Positions 23,059-35,471 of a stretch of 64,000 nt of DNA are shown here, in pieces. This stretch comes from Escherichia coli (GTDB taxonomy: Bacteria; Pseudomonadota; Gammaproteobacteria; Enterobacterales; Enterobacteriaceae). The first letter of the stretch is position 1. Each line of letters opens with the position of its first letter. The DNA lies in the NCBI RefSeq assembly GCF_003018255.1, contig NZ_CP027440.1, one strand, 5' to 3'. The translations under genes were made by a program, and so were the position numbers. Under the pieces are notes generated by a model. The model saw only the letters and a list, made by a program, of their open reading frames with translations, made no database searches and was not told the origin of the DNA.

Positions 23059-23469
23059 TTAAAGCAGGTAGTCGCCAGCAGCTTCTGGCTGGTATTCGAG
23101 TTCCAGCACTTCAAGGTGGGTTGCAACGCCGCCCGGAAGTTCCCAGTGAATGGAATCGCCAACGCGCAGCCCCAGCAGTGCGGCACCTACCGGAGCCATA
23201 ACGGAAAGCTGAGTATTGCTGTCGGTCATTTTTGCCGGATACACCAGCGTGCGCACACGCACTTCGCCATCGCTAAGATTGCGGAATTTAACCCGGCTGT
23301 TCATTGTCACCACGTCGTGTGGCATCTCTTCTGGCGAACACATTTGGGCGCGATCCAACTCTGCGTTTAACGCGTCGGCGATTGGCAAACCAGCATAGGC
23401 GGGTTGCTCCAGCAGAATATCGATGCGTTCGGCATCCAGGTCGTTAATGATGATAGTTGGTCTGGACAT
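23059..23469 (-). CDS. rnk: Regulator of nucleoside diphosphate kinase (GreA/GreB-like)
   Basis: 136-aa ORF; matches recalled Rnk. Confidence 0.92.
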
Positions 23470-23698
23470 TTTTACTCCATGTCGTCGGTACTGCGAGTGT
23501 CGCAGATAAACATACCCAAAAGAAAACCCTCACCGTCAGGCGGCGAGGGTTTAACTCACATGATGATACTGACTGTTGCTCACTCTTTGAAGTGATTTGC
23601 GTCACATTCAGGGAATTCCTCAATGTAGCGCATTATGTATAAATCTTAATCGTCATGGTTTATGGAAGACGAATTAGCGTGTTTTGTAAATCAGAGGA

Positions 23699-24505
23699 TT
23701 AATAACCTGCTTTATCAATCACAAAGGTTTTGCCACAGTTGCCTGGGTGTGGTTGTGGCAAGAATGAGTTGGCAGAAAGCGGAGCGTTGATGGCGTCAGC
23801 TTTGATCGAGATCTGAATTTCAGTCAAATACGCAGGGTTACCCTGGCACGTTAGCTTAACTGCTTTCACGTTCTCTTTTCCCCAGCTTTTGGCAAAGGCG
23901 GCATCAAAGTCACGGCGGCTCACTGTTTTACCGTAGTTATCCGCAAGGAATTTTCCGGCTTCGCTCTCTTTAATTTCTTGATTCAGGCGTACCATCGTGC
24001 CGAAGTATGCGTCTGGATCAAAACCAAAGCAGGCACCGTGTTTGGCATATTCGTAGCGTTCCAGGCAGGAACGTCCGCCAGCTCCTGGCATGACTTCACT
24101 TAGTTTAGCGGCCGTTTCCAGTGATAACCCGGTTTCCGGCGATGAACACATTCGGCTGGCGCGCGCTTCTGGTAGATTCGGGATTGGGCGAGTAGCGCAA
24201 CCGAAGCGCATCCAGCGGCGTTCATCAACACCACGGGCAGCAACCGATTTAGGCAATCCTGGCCACAGACCATGTACGGTCAGAAAATCAGCTTTGTTGG
24301 TCGTTTCGGTTTGCAGGCGACATTCATCTCGTTCGTTACGATTTCGATCGTGTTGACTCTGGCAAAATCCGGTTTGCCAGGAGAGGGCCAGGACATAGCG
24401 ATCAAAATCGCCATACTGTTTTGCCTGCAACGCCACGGCGTTGGCAGAAGAGAAGGGAAGCAGAGAAACCGCGAGCAACGCGGCGTTACGCCAGAATGCT
24501 TTCAT
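23699..24505 (-). CDS. rna: Periplasmic ribonuclease I (RNase T2 family)
   Basis: 268-aa product from MKAFWRNAALLAVSLLPFSSANA (signal peptide); track ORF starts 6 codons upstream. Confidence 0.93.
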   Translation of the reverse strand: MKAFWRNAALLAVSLLPFSSANAVALQAKQYGDFDRYVLALSWQTGFCQSQHDRNRNERDECRLQTETTNKADFLTVHGLWPGLPKSVAARGVDERRWMRFGCATRPIPNLPEARASRMCSSPETGLSLETAAKLSEVMPGAGGRSCLERYEYAKHGACFGFDPDAYFGTMVRLNQEIKESEAGKFLADNYGKTVSRRDFDAAFAKSWGKENVKAVKLTCQGNPAYLTEIQISIKADAINAPLSANSFLPQPHPGNCGKTFVIDKAGY

Positions 24506-24553
24506 AATGGGTGTGGAACTCATACATACACTGAATATTATCTATTTAATCAT

Positions 24554-24587
24554 AAAAAAGCCCGCCAGGTGGGTTTACCTGGCGGGC
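24554..24587 (-). terminator. Intrinsic terminator downstream of citT
   Basis: 11-bp stem GCCCGCCAGGT / ACCTGGCGGGC with 6-nt loop, followed on the minus strand by a U6 run; lies between the citT stop and the rna start. Confidence 0.7.
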
Positions 24588-24618
24588 GTGATGATTTATT
24601 CAGCGTTTGGCGAACGTA

Positions 24619-26082
24619 TTAGTTCCACATGGCGAGAATCGGCCAGCCAACCAACAGCAACATAGAGATGTAAATCACCCCGAAGATTGCGCCAAGACGC
24701 CAGTAATCTTTTGATTTCACATAGCCACAGCCGTAAATAATCACCCCAGGACCGGTTGCATACGGCGTCAGACAGCCCATGATACCGATAGATAGCACCA
24801 GCAGGATACACAGTTGTTCCATTGGTACGCCCGGAATACCTTTACCGACGGCCAGAATAACCGGCAGCATGGTTGCGGTGTGCGCAGACAGGCTGGCAAA
24901 CAGGTAGTGTGCAAAGTAGAACACCAGAACCAGTACAATCACCGTTGCGTTTGGTGAGAATCCTTCCAGGTGCGTACTCATGGTATTGGCGAACCAGTCA
25001 ATAAAACCAGAACGAGTCAGGCCGTTAGCCATCACAACCAGAGTTGCCAGGTTGACCAGCGTGTTCCATGCGCTGTTATAGCGGGTAATGTCTTTCCACG
25101 GCACAACGTGCAGGGCCAGCATTAGCGAAACTGCCAGCAGACCAACCGCAGTAGCATTAATGACTTCACTGCCAAATACCCACAAACCTAAGCTGAGCAA
25201 TACAAGGCCAATCAGCGTCCACTCTCTGCGTGTCAGCGCACCCATGGTTTTTAGTTCATCACCCGCCCAGGTTGCCACTTCTTCACTGTGTGTGATTTCC
25301 GGTTTGTACAGCACGTAGGAAAGCCACGGCGCAATGATAAGCAAGATAACCCCAACCGGCAGGAAGCAGAGGAACCACTGCAACCAGCTAATCTGGATAC
25401 CGGCAATTTTGCTGACGAACTCCAGACCCAGCACGTTTGGTGCCGCACCGGTGACAAACATGGACGAACTCAGACTGGTACTAATGACCATCATCCACAT
25501 CAAATAGCCGCCAATACGACGCGCGGACGGATCGTTCGGGAATGATTTAAACAACGGCGGCAGGTTTTTAATGACCGGAAAAACCGTACCCCCGGTACGC
25601 GCGGTGTTGGACGGTGTAAACGGTGCCAGCAGAATGTCGATAATGACAATCGCATAACCCAACGTCAGCGTGCGTTTGCCCATGAATTTCACCAGGAAAA
25701 GGGCAATACGACGGCCTAACCCGGAAACTTCATACCCTAATGCAAAAATAAATGCGCCAAATACCAGCCATACCGTGGTGCTGGAAAAACCAGCCAGACC
25801 CCATTTCAGCGCCTGTTTTTGCGCATTAAACGCTGGGTCAGCTAATTCTTTGGCATCAAAGAGCAGGTAATTACTGCCAATAACGCAAATAGTAACCGCA
25901 ATAAAACTGATCGCCGTTGCCGGAATTGGCTCGAGGATCATGCCGACAATCATTGCCACAAACACTGCAAAGTAATGCCACGCCTGCGGCGGCATACCGT
26001 CAGGTACAGGGATAAGAAACATGACACCCATCACCACCAGGGGCGCCAATAATTTCCATATATTATCTTTTGCTAAAGACAT
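24619..26082 (-). CDS. citT: Citrate:succinate antiporter
   Basis: 487-aa polytopic membrane ORF at the distal end of the citCDEFXG-citT operon. Confidence 0.93.
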   Translation of the reverse strand: MSLAKDNIWKLLAPLVVMGVMFLIPVPDGMPPQAWHYFAVFVAMIVGMILEPIPATAISFIAVTICVIGSNYLLFDAKELADPAFNAQKQALKWGLAGFSSTTVWLVFGAFIFALGYEVSGLGRRIALFLVKFMGKRTLTLGYAIVIIDILLAPFTPSNTARTGGTVFPVIKNLPPLFKSFPNDPSARRIGGYLMWMMVISTSLSSSMFVTGAAPNVLGLEFVSKIAGIQISWLQWFLCFLPVGVILLIIAPWLSYVLYKPEITHSEEVATWAGDELKTMGALTRREWTLIGLVLLSLGLWVFGSEVINATAVGLLAVSLMLALHVVPWKDITRYNSAWNTLVNLATLVVMANGLTRSGFIDWFANTMSTHLEGFSPNATVIVLVLVFYFAHYLFASLSAHTATMLPVILAVGKGIPGVPMEQLCILLVLSIGIMGCLTPYATGPGVIIYGCGYVKSKDYWRLGAIFGVIYISMLLLVGWPILAMWN

Positions 26083-26132
26083 ACGGGTTCTCCGAAAATT
26101 AATATTTCCAAATTTATCAAGTGCTTAAATAA

Positions 26133-27537
<1,405 letters not shown>

Positions 27538-27540
27538 GGC

Positions 27541-29073
27541 TTATTCCTTCACCTGATGCACAACATCGATCACCGAGCCATCGCGGTAACGCACAACGGC
27601 AACGACGCGGTCGGTGAATTCAATCGGCTGTGGTTCACCGGTCAGCAGACGCGCACGTTCACGCAGCCACTCAATAGAAACCACTTTGATCCCCGCTTCC
27701 TGCAGACGTTCTGCCAGCTCCGGACGTGCCGGGTTAACAGCGATGCCGTGGTCTGTGACCAGAATATCGACACTGGAGCCCGGGGTGATGCAGGTCAGCA
27801 CGTTATCCACCAGCGTCGGAATACGACCGCGTACCAGCGGCGCGACGATGATGGAAAGCGCAGAAGAAATCGCGGTATCGCAGTGACCACCGGAAGCACC
27901 ACGCAGTACGCCGTCAGAGCCGGTCAGCACGTTAACGTTGAACTGGGTGTCAATTTCCAGCGCACTCAGTACCACCACGTCGAGACGATCAACCGATGCG
28001 CCTTTCGACCCCCAGTTAGCGTACTGGTTGGCGCTGATTTCGATGTGATTGGGGTTACGGGCCAGCGATTGCGCAGCATGGCTGTCAAAGCTCTGCACAT
28101 CCAGCAGTTTGCGGATCAGACCTTTTTCGTGCAGATCAACCATCGTTGCGGTAATACCGCCGAGGGCGAAGTCGGCGCGAATATCGCGGCTACGCATTTT
28201 GTCTTCCAGGAAACGGGTTACCGCCAGCGAAGCGCCGCCGGTGCCGGTCTGCATGGAGAAACCTTCTTTGAAGTAGCCAGAGTTAACAATCACATCCGCA
28301 GCGCTACGGGCAATAAGCAGTTCGCGCGGGTTAGTGGTCATACGGGTAGCACCAGCGCCGATTTTTGCAGCATCGCCAACGCGATCAACTTTGACGATCA
28401 GATCAACCTGATCTTGCTCAATGCTTGCCGGATTATGCGGATAAGGCAGCAGTTCTTCAGTGAGCATCACAACCTGTTTTGCGTTGTCGGCATCAACCAT
28501 TGCATAGCCGAGGGAGCCGCAGCAGGCTTTACCGGTGTAGCCGTTGGCATTGCCGAATTCATCACAGGACGGGACGCCGAGGAAAGCCACGTCGATATTC
28601 AGTTCGCCGCTCTGTACCAGATGCACACGTCCGCCGTGAGAGTGGATTTGCACCGGTTCCGCCAGCAGACCACGGGAGATCTCTTCCGCCAGCGGACCGC
28701 GCAGGCCGGAGGTATAAATGCGGGTAACCACGCCCTGGCGAATGTGTTCTACCAGCGGCGCATGGCAATCACTCAGGGAGCTGGAGGCCAGAGTCAGGTT
28801 TTTAAAGCCCATCTTCGCGATGACGTCCATCACCATATTGACGGTCAGGTCACCGCCACGGAAAGCGTGATGGAAGGAAACCGTCATGCCGTTCTGTAAA
28901 CCAGAGCGACGAATCGCTTCTTCCAGGTTGGCGCACAGTTTGCGATCTCGCGCTTTTTCAGCCTGGTAGGTTTGCTTTGGCGAGTTCTGGAAAGCGGCAA
29001 GATCGCATTCAGCGCGACGATTCCAGGCCGCTACCCGTTCTTGTCGTTGAGATTGTTCAATTTTCTGCGTCAT
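27541..29073 (-). CDS. citF: Citrate lyase alpha subunit (citrate CoA-transferase)
   Basis: 510-aa ORF; operon context. Confidence 0.94.
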   Translation of the reverse strand: MTQKIEQSQRQERVAAWNRRAECDLAAFQNSPKQTYQAEKARDRKLCANLEEAIRRSGLQNGMTVSFHHAFRGGDLTVNMVMDVIAKMGFKNLTLASSSLSDCHAPLVEHIRQGVVTRIYTSGLRGPLAEEISRGLLAEPVQIHSHGGRVHLVQSGELNIDVAFLGVPSCDEFGNANGYTGKACCGSLGYAMVDADNAKQVVMLTEELLPYPHNPASIEQDQVDLIVKVDRVGDAAKIGAGATRMTTNPRELLIARSAADVIVNSGYFKEGFSMQTGTGGASLAVTRFLEDKMRSRDIRADFALGGITATMVDLHEKGLIRKLLDVQSFDSHAAQSLARNPNHIEISANQYANWGSKGASVDRLDVVVLSALEIDTQFNVNVLTGSDGVLRGASGGHCDTAISSALSIIVAPLVRGRIPTLVDNVLTCITPGSSVDILVTDHGIAVNPARPELAERLQEAGIKVVSIEWLRERARLLTGEPQPIEFTDRVVAVVRYRDGSVIDVVHQVKE

Positions 29074-29083
29074 TTTGATTGCC

Positions 29084-29992
29084 TTATTCTTCGCGGATGC
29101 CGGAAAGTTCTGCGCGGGAGAGCACCAGACGGGCGCGATCGATAACCGGACCGTCCACCATCTTGCCGTTCAGGGAAACCACGCCGAGGCCTTCGCGAGC
29201 GGCGGCCTCGGCGGCTTCTACGACGCGGCGGGCGTGATCCACTTCTTTCTGAGTCGGTGCGTAGAGGTTGTGCAGCAGATCAATCTGACGCGGGTTGATC
29301 AGCGATTTGCCGTCAAAGCCCAGCTGTTTGATGTGGGCGGCTTCTTGCAGGAATCCGGCTTCGTTGTTAGCGTCGGAATAGACGGTATCGAACGCCTGAA
29401 TACCCGCAGAGCGCGCGGCCTGCAAAATGGAGCAGCGTGCGAACAGCAGTTCAGTTCCTTCCGGGGAGCGTTCTGTACGCAGGTTGCGCACATAGTCTTC
29501 TGCACCGAGGGCGATACCGATCAAACGCTCGGAAGCGTGAGCGATTTCCACTGCGCGGGTAATGCCCAGCGGAGATTCAATCGCTGCCAGCAGGCCGGTG
29601 CTGCCGGGTTCACGACCACAGGCTTTTTCGATGCGCAGGATCTCTTTTTCGATATCCAGAACATCCTGAGCGGTATCGGTTTTCGGCAGACGCACAACGT
29701 CCGCACCACCGCGAACGACGGCTTCCAGGTCGTTAACACCCCATTCGGAATCCAGCGCGTTTACACGCACAATGGTTTCAATATCGCGATACAGCGGATG
29801 TTGCAGCGCGTGGTAAACCATGCGGCGGGCTGTGTCTTTTTCACGCAATGCCACGGAGTCTTCGAGGTCAAACATCAGGGCATCAGCCGGGTAGATGAAT
29901 GAGTTGCTGACCATCGCGGCATTGGCACCAGGCACAAACAACATGCTGCGGCGGGTGCGAGTTTTACGTTGTTGCAGCGAAGCGGAAATCAT
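29084..29992 (-). CDS. citE: Citrate lyase beta subunit (citryl-CoA lyase)
   Basis: 302-aa product from [22 protein letters not shown]; 4-nt overlap with citD; track ORF starts 5 codons upstream. Confidence 0.93.
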
Positions 29993-30285
29993 TGGCAATC
30001 CTCCCATGGCAGAGCCGGGATACCGCTGGCGCGTGCCAGCAGGGCTTCCAGTCGTGCACGTAAAATGCAGTCCAGTGCGCCTTTGTCATCGACATTCAGC
30101 TGTACGCCGCGCACGTTGTAGCGGGCGAGAACGTCCAGAATGGTGGTGCGAATTGCATCGCCAAACTGTTTCTCAACGCTGCTGTTGATTTGCAGGTCGA
30201 TATCCTGCGTATCGAGTGGGGCGATGCGTATCATCACATCCCCAGACTCAAGGGTGCCTGCAACGGCGGGCTGGTTTATTTTCAT
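29989..30285 (-). CDS. citD: Citrate lyase gamma subunit (acyl carrier protein)
   Basis: 98-aa [23 protein letters not shown]... Confidence 0.93.
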
Positions 30286-30299
30286 TTTTCACCTGTTTC

Positions 30300-31358
30300 T
30301 CATGCGGGGGTCTTTTGACGAGCTGCCGCGTCCTGGCGGGAGTGCTCAAGCAGGTTCTGCAAATAATGCAGCGTGACTGCAGGGACCAGCGGCGCGATAG
30401 CCGTGAGATCGTTTTTCGCCAGCAGTTGACGTACCCGGGAAGCGGATATCGGCATCTCCTGGTAACGCAGCCGCTCAATTTCAACCAGTTCGATGGGCGG
30501 TGCGGAGATAGTCGGTGTTTCCAGCCAGTAGCGCATATCCTGGTTGTACTGGGCAGTAACGCGACAAAAGGGTTCAGTACCGACAAAGCGGTGAGTTACA
30601 CCCAGCGCGGGAGCGAGGTACTGACGGAAAATCTTCAGATCAATTTCGGTGTAACAATGGTTAATGACGCTCTGTTCTTTAATGAAGTAGCAAGGGAACG
30701 TAGCGCGGGAGATGATGTATTCGGAGCCGCGATGCACAGTCAGGCGTGGAATATCGGCGGTGCCTTTTAACACCAGATCCAGTCGGTCTTCATAGGGGAA
30801 GCGTGAAGAATCTTCTTTGACTAAAAACAGATGCAACCAGTCGCACTGTGCCGCAGCCTGTTGAATCAGATAACGGTGACCATTCGTAAAGGGATTGGCG
30901 TTCATCACAATGCAGCCAATCTTGTTCCCTGGATGACAAAATTTTTTCAGCGATTCGGCATAGCGTTTCAGTCGCGTGGCGCTGTTTTCCATCAGCACCA
31001 TCACGCCGGGTACGCTGGTCAGCGTGGAAAAACCGCACTGGCGGAACAGCGCCTCGTATTCGGTTTTGGTATAAATAAATAGATGCGTGCTGTGCCGCTC
31101 ATAGGCGAGGTTAATTAGCTCGGTGGCTAATGTCAGCGCCAGTCCTTCACCGCGAACGGATTCACTGATAGCAACGCATTTAATAATATTTCCGGCAATT
31201 CCACCGCACGCGATAAGCTTTTCATCGCGGGTTACGGTAATAAATACTTCGACTGTGGTGTCAACGCTCAAATCATTTTCATGCAGGAATTGGGCGATTT
31301 CCGCCATTTTTTTATTTTCTGAACGTTTTACACGGGTGAAAATATCATTGCCGAACAT
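30300..31358 (-). CDS. citC: [Citrate (pro-3S)-lyase] ligase
   Basis: 352-aa product from MFGNDIFTRVKRSENKKMAEI; track ORF extends 29 codons upstream. Confidence 0.92.
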   Translation of the reverse strand: MFGNDIFTRVKRSENKKMAEIAQFLHENDLSVDTTVEVFITVTRDEKLIACGGIAGNIIKCVAISESVRGEGLALTLATELINLAYERHSTHLFIYTKTEYEALFRQCGFSTLTSVPGVMVLMENSATRLKRYAESLKKFCHPGNKIGCIVMNANPFTNGHRYLIQQAAAQCDWLHLFLVKEDSSRFPYEDRLDLVLKGTADIPRLTVHRGSEYIISRATFPCYFIKEQSVINHCYTEIDLKIFRQYLAPALGVTHRFVGTEPFCRVTAQYNQDMRYWLETPTISAPPIELVEIERLRYQEMPISASRVRQLLAKNDLTAIAPLVPAVTLHYLQNLLEHSRQDAAARQKTPA

Positions 31359-31737
31359 AATAAATAGTATCCTGAAGGTGCATGTTGTTATCGATTTGCA
31401 ACAAATGTTGTTCGATGTTGCAAACTGATAACCTTTTATTTTCACTTGGGAGAAAGGGGGGCGATCGAGGTATATCTTTTTCTCCTTTCGCTATACATCC
31501 TAAGGAGTATTGCAGCGTGAAATTTTGATTTATTTCACATAGAGTTAGTGGTTTTTTATTTATTTAATGGTTTTAAGTTTTTTAATTAATGTAATTACGA
31601 AATGACCCGCAGGTTTAAGTGATTTAATTGATTTAATGAATAAAATTTGCCACGATTATATTTAATATCTATGTATTTTGATTCAACATTTTAATTACAT
31701 TCGTCAAAGAGGCTCGGGACAACCCGCAAGGAAAACA
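31359..31737. promoter_or_regulatory. AT-rich divergent control region between citC and dpiB
   Basis: 379-nt strongly AT-rich spacer between divergently transcribed citCDEFXG-citT and dpiBA; expected to hold both promoters and DpiA sites (sites not individually resolved). Confidence 0.4.
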
Positions 31738-33396
31738 ATGTTGCAGCTTAACGAGAATAAACAGTTTGCATTTTTCCAAAGACTGGCATTTCCGCTGCGT
31801 ATCTTTTTGCTGATTCTGGTGTTCTCAATATTTGTCATTGCAGCCCTGGCGCAATATTTTACGGCCAGTTTTGAGGACTATTTAACGCTTCATGTGCGCG
31901 ATATGGCAATGAATCAGGCAAAAATTATTGCTTCTAATGACAGTATCATCAGCGCAGTGAAAACGCGTGACTACAAGAGGCTGGCGACCATCGCTGATAA
32001 ATTACAAAGAGATACTGATTTCGATTATGTGGTGATTGGCGATCGGCACTCGATTCGTCTTTACCATCCTAATCCGGAGAAAATTGGTTATCCTATGCAG
32101 TTCACCAAACCGGGCGCGCTGGAGAAAGGGGAGAGCTACTTCATCACCGGGAAAGGGTCAATTGGCATGGCGATGCGTGCCAAAACGCCAATCTTTGATG
32201 ACGATGGAAAAGTCATCGGCGTGGTGTCGATTGGCTACCTGGTGAGTAAAATCGATAGCTGGCGGGCTGAGTTTTTATTACCGATGGCTGGCGTGTTTGT
32301 CGTGCTGTTAGGGATTCTGATGTTGCTGTCGTGGTTCCTGGCCGCGCATATCCGTCGGCAGATGATGGGCATGGAGCCAAAGCAAATCGCACGCGTGGTC
32401 CGTCAGCAAGAGGCGCTGTTTAGTTCGGTTTATGAAGGGCTCATTGCGGTGGATCCGCACGGTTACATTACCGCCATCAATCGTAACGCAAGAAAGATGC
32501 TGGGGCTGAGCTCCCCCGGACGGCAATGGTTGGGTAAACCCATTGCTGAAGTGGTCAGGCCCGCCGATTTCTTTACCGAACAGATTGATGAAAAACGTCA
32601 GGATGTGGTGGCGAACTTTAACGGTCTGAGCGTTATTGCCAACCGGGAAGCTATTCATTCTGGTGATGATTTGCTGGGGGCCATTATCAGCTTTCGTAGT
32701 AAAGACGAAATATCCACCCTCAATGCACAACTGACGCAAATTAAACAATACGTCGAGAGCCTGCGCACATTGCGACACGAGCATCTCAATTGGATGTCGA
32801 CGCTCAATGGTCTGTTGCAGATGAAAGAGTATGATCGCGTGTTGGCGATGGTGCAGGGGGAGTCTCAGGCCCAGCAACAGCTTATTGATAGCCTGCGCGA
32901 GGCGTTTGCCGATCGCCAGGTGGCGGGGCTGCTTTTTGGTAAAGTGCAGCGCGCCCGCGAACTGGGGCTAAAAATGGTCATCGTCCCCGGAAGTCAGCTT
33001 TCGCAACTGCCGCCAGGACTGGACAGCACCGAGTTTGCAGCCATTGTTGGCAATTTACTTGATAACGCCTTCGAAGCCAGCCTGCGTAGCGATGAAGGAA
33101 ACAAGATCGTTGAATTATTCCTCAGCGATGAAGGCGATGATGTGGTGATTGAAGTCGCCGATCAGGGCTGCGGCGTTCCAGAGTCTCTACGAGACAAAAT
33201 ATTTGAGCAGGGTGTCAGTACGCGTGCTGACGAGCCCGGCGAACATGGCATTGGGTTGTACTTGATTGCCAGCTACGTAACGCGCTGCGGTGGTGTTATC
33301 ACTCTCGAAGATAATGATCCCTGCGGTACCTTATTTTCAATCTATATTCCGAAAGTGAAACCTAATGACAGCTCCATTAACCCTATTGATCGTTGA
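31738..33396 (+). CDS. dpiB: Sensor histidine kinase of the citrate two-component system
   Basis: 552-aa product from MLQLNENKQFAFF; two TM segments flanking a periplasmic domain, PAS and HATPase regions (GIGLYL); also called citA; track ORF starts 20 codons upstream. Confidence 0.93.
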   Translation: MLQLNENKQFAFFQRLAFPLRIFLLILVFSIFVIAALAQYFTASFEDYLTLHVRDMAMNQAKIIASNDSIISAVKTRDYKRLATIADKLQRDTDFDYVVIGDRHSIRLYHPNPEKIGYPMQFTKPGALEKGESYFITGKGSIGMAMRAKTPIFDDDGKVIGVVSIGYLVSKIDSWRAEFLLPMAGVFVVLLGILMLLSWFLAAHIRRQMMGMEPKQIARVVRQQEALFSSVYEGLIAVDPHGYITAINRNARKMLGLSSPGRQWLGKPIAEVVRPADFFTEQIDEKRQDVVANFNGLSVIANREAIHSGDDLLGAIISFRSKDEISTLNAQLTQIKQYVESLRTLRHEHLNWMSTLNGLLQMKEYDRVLAMVQGESQAQQQLIDSLREAFADRQVAGLLFGKVQRARELGLKMVIVPGSQLSQLPPGLDSTEFAAIVGNLLDNAFEASLRSDEGNKIVELFLSDEGDDVVIEVADQGCGVPESLRDKIFEQGVSTRADEPGEHGIGLYLIASYVTRCGGVITLEDNDPCGTLFSIYIPKVKPNDSSINPIDR

Positions 33397-34045
33397 GGAC
33401 GAAACGCCGCTGGCAGAGATGCATGCGGAATATATTCGTCACATTTCCGGATTCAGTCAGATATTACTGGCGGGAAACCTGGCGCAGGCCCGAATGATGA
33501 TCGAGCGTTTTAAGCCGGGGCTAATCTTGCTTGATAACTATCTTCCTGACGGTAGAGGGATTAATTTACTGCATGAACTGGTGCAGGCGCATTATCCCGG
33601 CGACGTGGTGTTTACCACTGCAGCCAGTGATATGGAAACGGTGTCTGAAGCCGTACGTTGTGGTGTATTTGATTATCTCATTAAGCCAATTGCCTATGAA
33701 CGGCTGGGGCAAACGCTAACCCGTTTCCGCCAGCGTAAACATATGCTGGAAAGTATTGATAGCGCCAGCCAGAAGCAAATTGATGAGATGTTTAATGCCT
33801 ATGCTCGCGGTGAACCCAAAGACGAACTGCCGACCGGCATTGACCCCTTGACGCTAAACGCAGTGCGAAAACTGTTTAAAGAGCCTGGTGTGCAACATAC
33901 GGCAGAAACGGTGGCGCAGGCACTGACTATCAGCCGCACCACTGCCAGACGTTATCTTGAATATTGCGCCAGCCGCCATCTGATTATTGCTGAAATTGTT
34001 CACGGCAAAGTTGGCAGACCGCAACGCATATACCACAGTGGGTGA
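33365..34045 (+). CDS. dpiA: Response regulator of the citrate two-component system
   Basis: 226-aa ORF with receiver domain (LLIVEDE..., phospho-acceptor Asp in LILLDNYLPDG); overlaps dpiB by 32 nt; also called citB. Confidence 0.93.
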   Translation: MTAPLTLLIVEDETPLAEMHAEYIRHISGFSQILLAGNLAQARMMIERFKPGLILLDNYLPDGRGINLLHELVQAHYPGDVVFTTAASDMETVSEAVRCGVFDYLIKPIAYERLGQTLTRFRQRKHMLESIDSASQKQIDEMFNAYARGEPKDELPTGIDPLTLNAVRKLFKEPGVQHTAETVAQALTISRTTARRYLEYCASRHLIIAEIVHGKVGRPQRIYHSG

Positions 34046-34085
34046 CATGATAAAGCCGGAGGAAACTTGCCTCCGGCATGACTAT

Positions 34086-35471
34086 TTACTTGCCTGTGAC
34101 CGCGGCTGCCGTTCCTGGCACCATCAGCTCTGTAGCAACGATAACAATCACCAGCCCAACAAGCACCGGCACCGAGGTGCGTTTTACGACTTCAAATGGT
34201 GAGATTTTCGCCATCCCGGCAACCGCAACGACTACGCCAGAAACGGGTGACAGGGTACGGCCGAGGTTTGACGCCTGCAGCATTGGGATAGTCAAATACG
34301 CCGGGTTAATGCCGGAAGAGTGCGCCAGTTTCGGGATCATCTCAACAAACGCATAAAACGGCGCATTGCCTGAACCGGTCGTGACTGCCGCCAGCATTGT
34401 CAGGATCACCAATACCAGCATCAGGATGATGCTCGCCGAACCAAACGAGGTAGCGATAGAAATCAGACTTTGAATAAAGCCGATGGTGCTAAGCCCCTGA
34501 GCGAATACCCCAGCGGCAACCAGCAGCATCACCACGTTTGCAAATGCATCTGCCATCCCGCGATAAGCCACTTCCAGACCAGAGAAAACTTTCTGGGTAT
34601 TAAAGCTGCGGATGAACTCCAGAATGGAGGCAATCAGCATACAAATCACCAGAATAGTGATGATGTGTAATTGCGGACCCCATTTGCCGTCAAAAATCAG
34701 CACTCCGATGATCGGCGTGAACGGCAAAATGGCATAAAACGCAGGGGCAGTGGTGGTGATTTCACTGACATCTAACATTTCATGAGAGATGTGTTCTTTT
34801 TTATCCAGATAACGTTGCCAGAAGAAGTGGGCGATTGCCATGCCGATAATTGCAGCAATTGAGATAGGCAGCGTCGTTTTGAAGGCGAAGTCAATCAGCG
34901 ACATTTCGGAAGCCTGCGCCGCCAGCACCACATCCCCTGAAGTCGGTGCGAGAATAATCGCCGCCGGGGAGGCACAAATAGCAGCAGCTGCACCACGGCT
35001 GATACCAACGTTTACCATCACCGGAAACAGGGTTGCCATCAGCAAAACACCCAGACCGGTCGCGGAAGAGACGGCCAGAGACATCAGACAGGCGACAAAA
35101 TAGGCGGCAATCATCAGCAGGTAAGGGGAGTTAATATACTGCAATGGTTTTGACGCCAGCTTGACCACCATATCATTCGCGCCGATATGGGTCATGTAAG
35201 CGGCAAAGCCACACAGCATCATAATCATCATGCCGAGGTCGCCGCCGCGGCTCATTAGCAATATTTTAACGTATTCAACGATATCCGTGGCGCTGTAGCC
35301 TGTTGAAGTTTGGCTGGACGGTAACACTTTGTGCCCCATAATGGCACTGATAATCAGCAATAACAGGCCACCGACAAATAACACGCCAGTGGCAGAATAC
35401 CCTTTAATGATGTAGCGAGCTACACCCACAATAACCACAACCCCAATAAGGAGTTCAATGAATGTCAGCAT
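34086..35471 (-). CDS. dcuC: Anaerobic C4-dicarboxylate transporter
   Basis: 461-aa polytopic membrane ORF, uninterrupted. Confidence 0.93.
   Translation of the reverse strand: MLTFIELLIGVVVIVGVARYIIKGYSATGVLFVGGLLLLIISAIMGHKVLPSSQTSTGYSATDIVEYVKILLMSRGGDLGMMIMMLCGFAAYMTHIGANDMVVKLASKPLQYINSPYLLMIAAYFVACLMSLAVSSATGLGVLLMATLFPVMVNVGISRGAAAAICASPAAIILAPTSGDVVLAAQASEMSLIDFAFKTTLPISIAAIIGMAIAHFFWQRYLDKKEHISHEMLDVSEITTTAPAFYAILPFTPIIGVLIFDGKWGPQLHIITILVICMLIASILEFIRSFNTQKVFSGLEVAYRGMADAFANVVMLLVAAGVFAQGLSTIGFIQSLISIATSFGSASIILMLVLVILTMLAAVTTGSGNAPFYAFVEMIPKLAHSSGINPAYLTIPMLQASNLGRTLSPVSGVVVAVAGMAKISPFEVVKRTSVPVLVGLVIVIVATELMVPGTAAAVTGK

Noticed and set aside
22987-23370. 127-aa plus-strand ORF in the uspG-rnk region
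   Set aside because: It overlaps rnk on the opposite strand for most of its length and shows no recognisable motif; unlike the 29-aa minus-strand ORF it is not a compact hydrophobic peptide.
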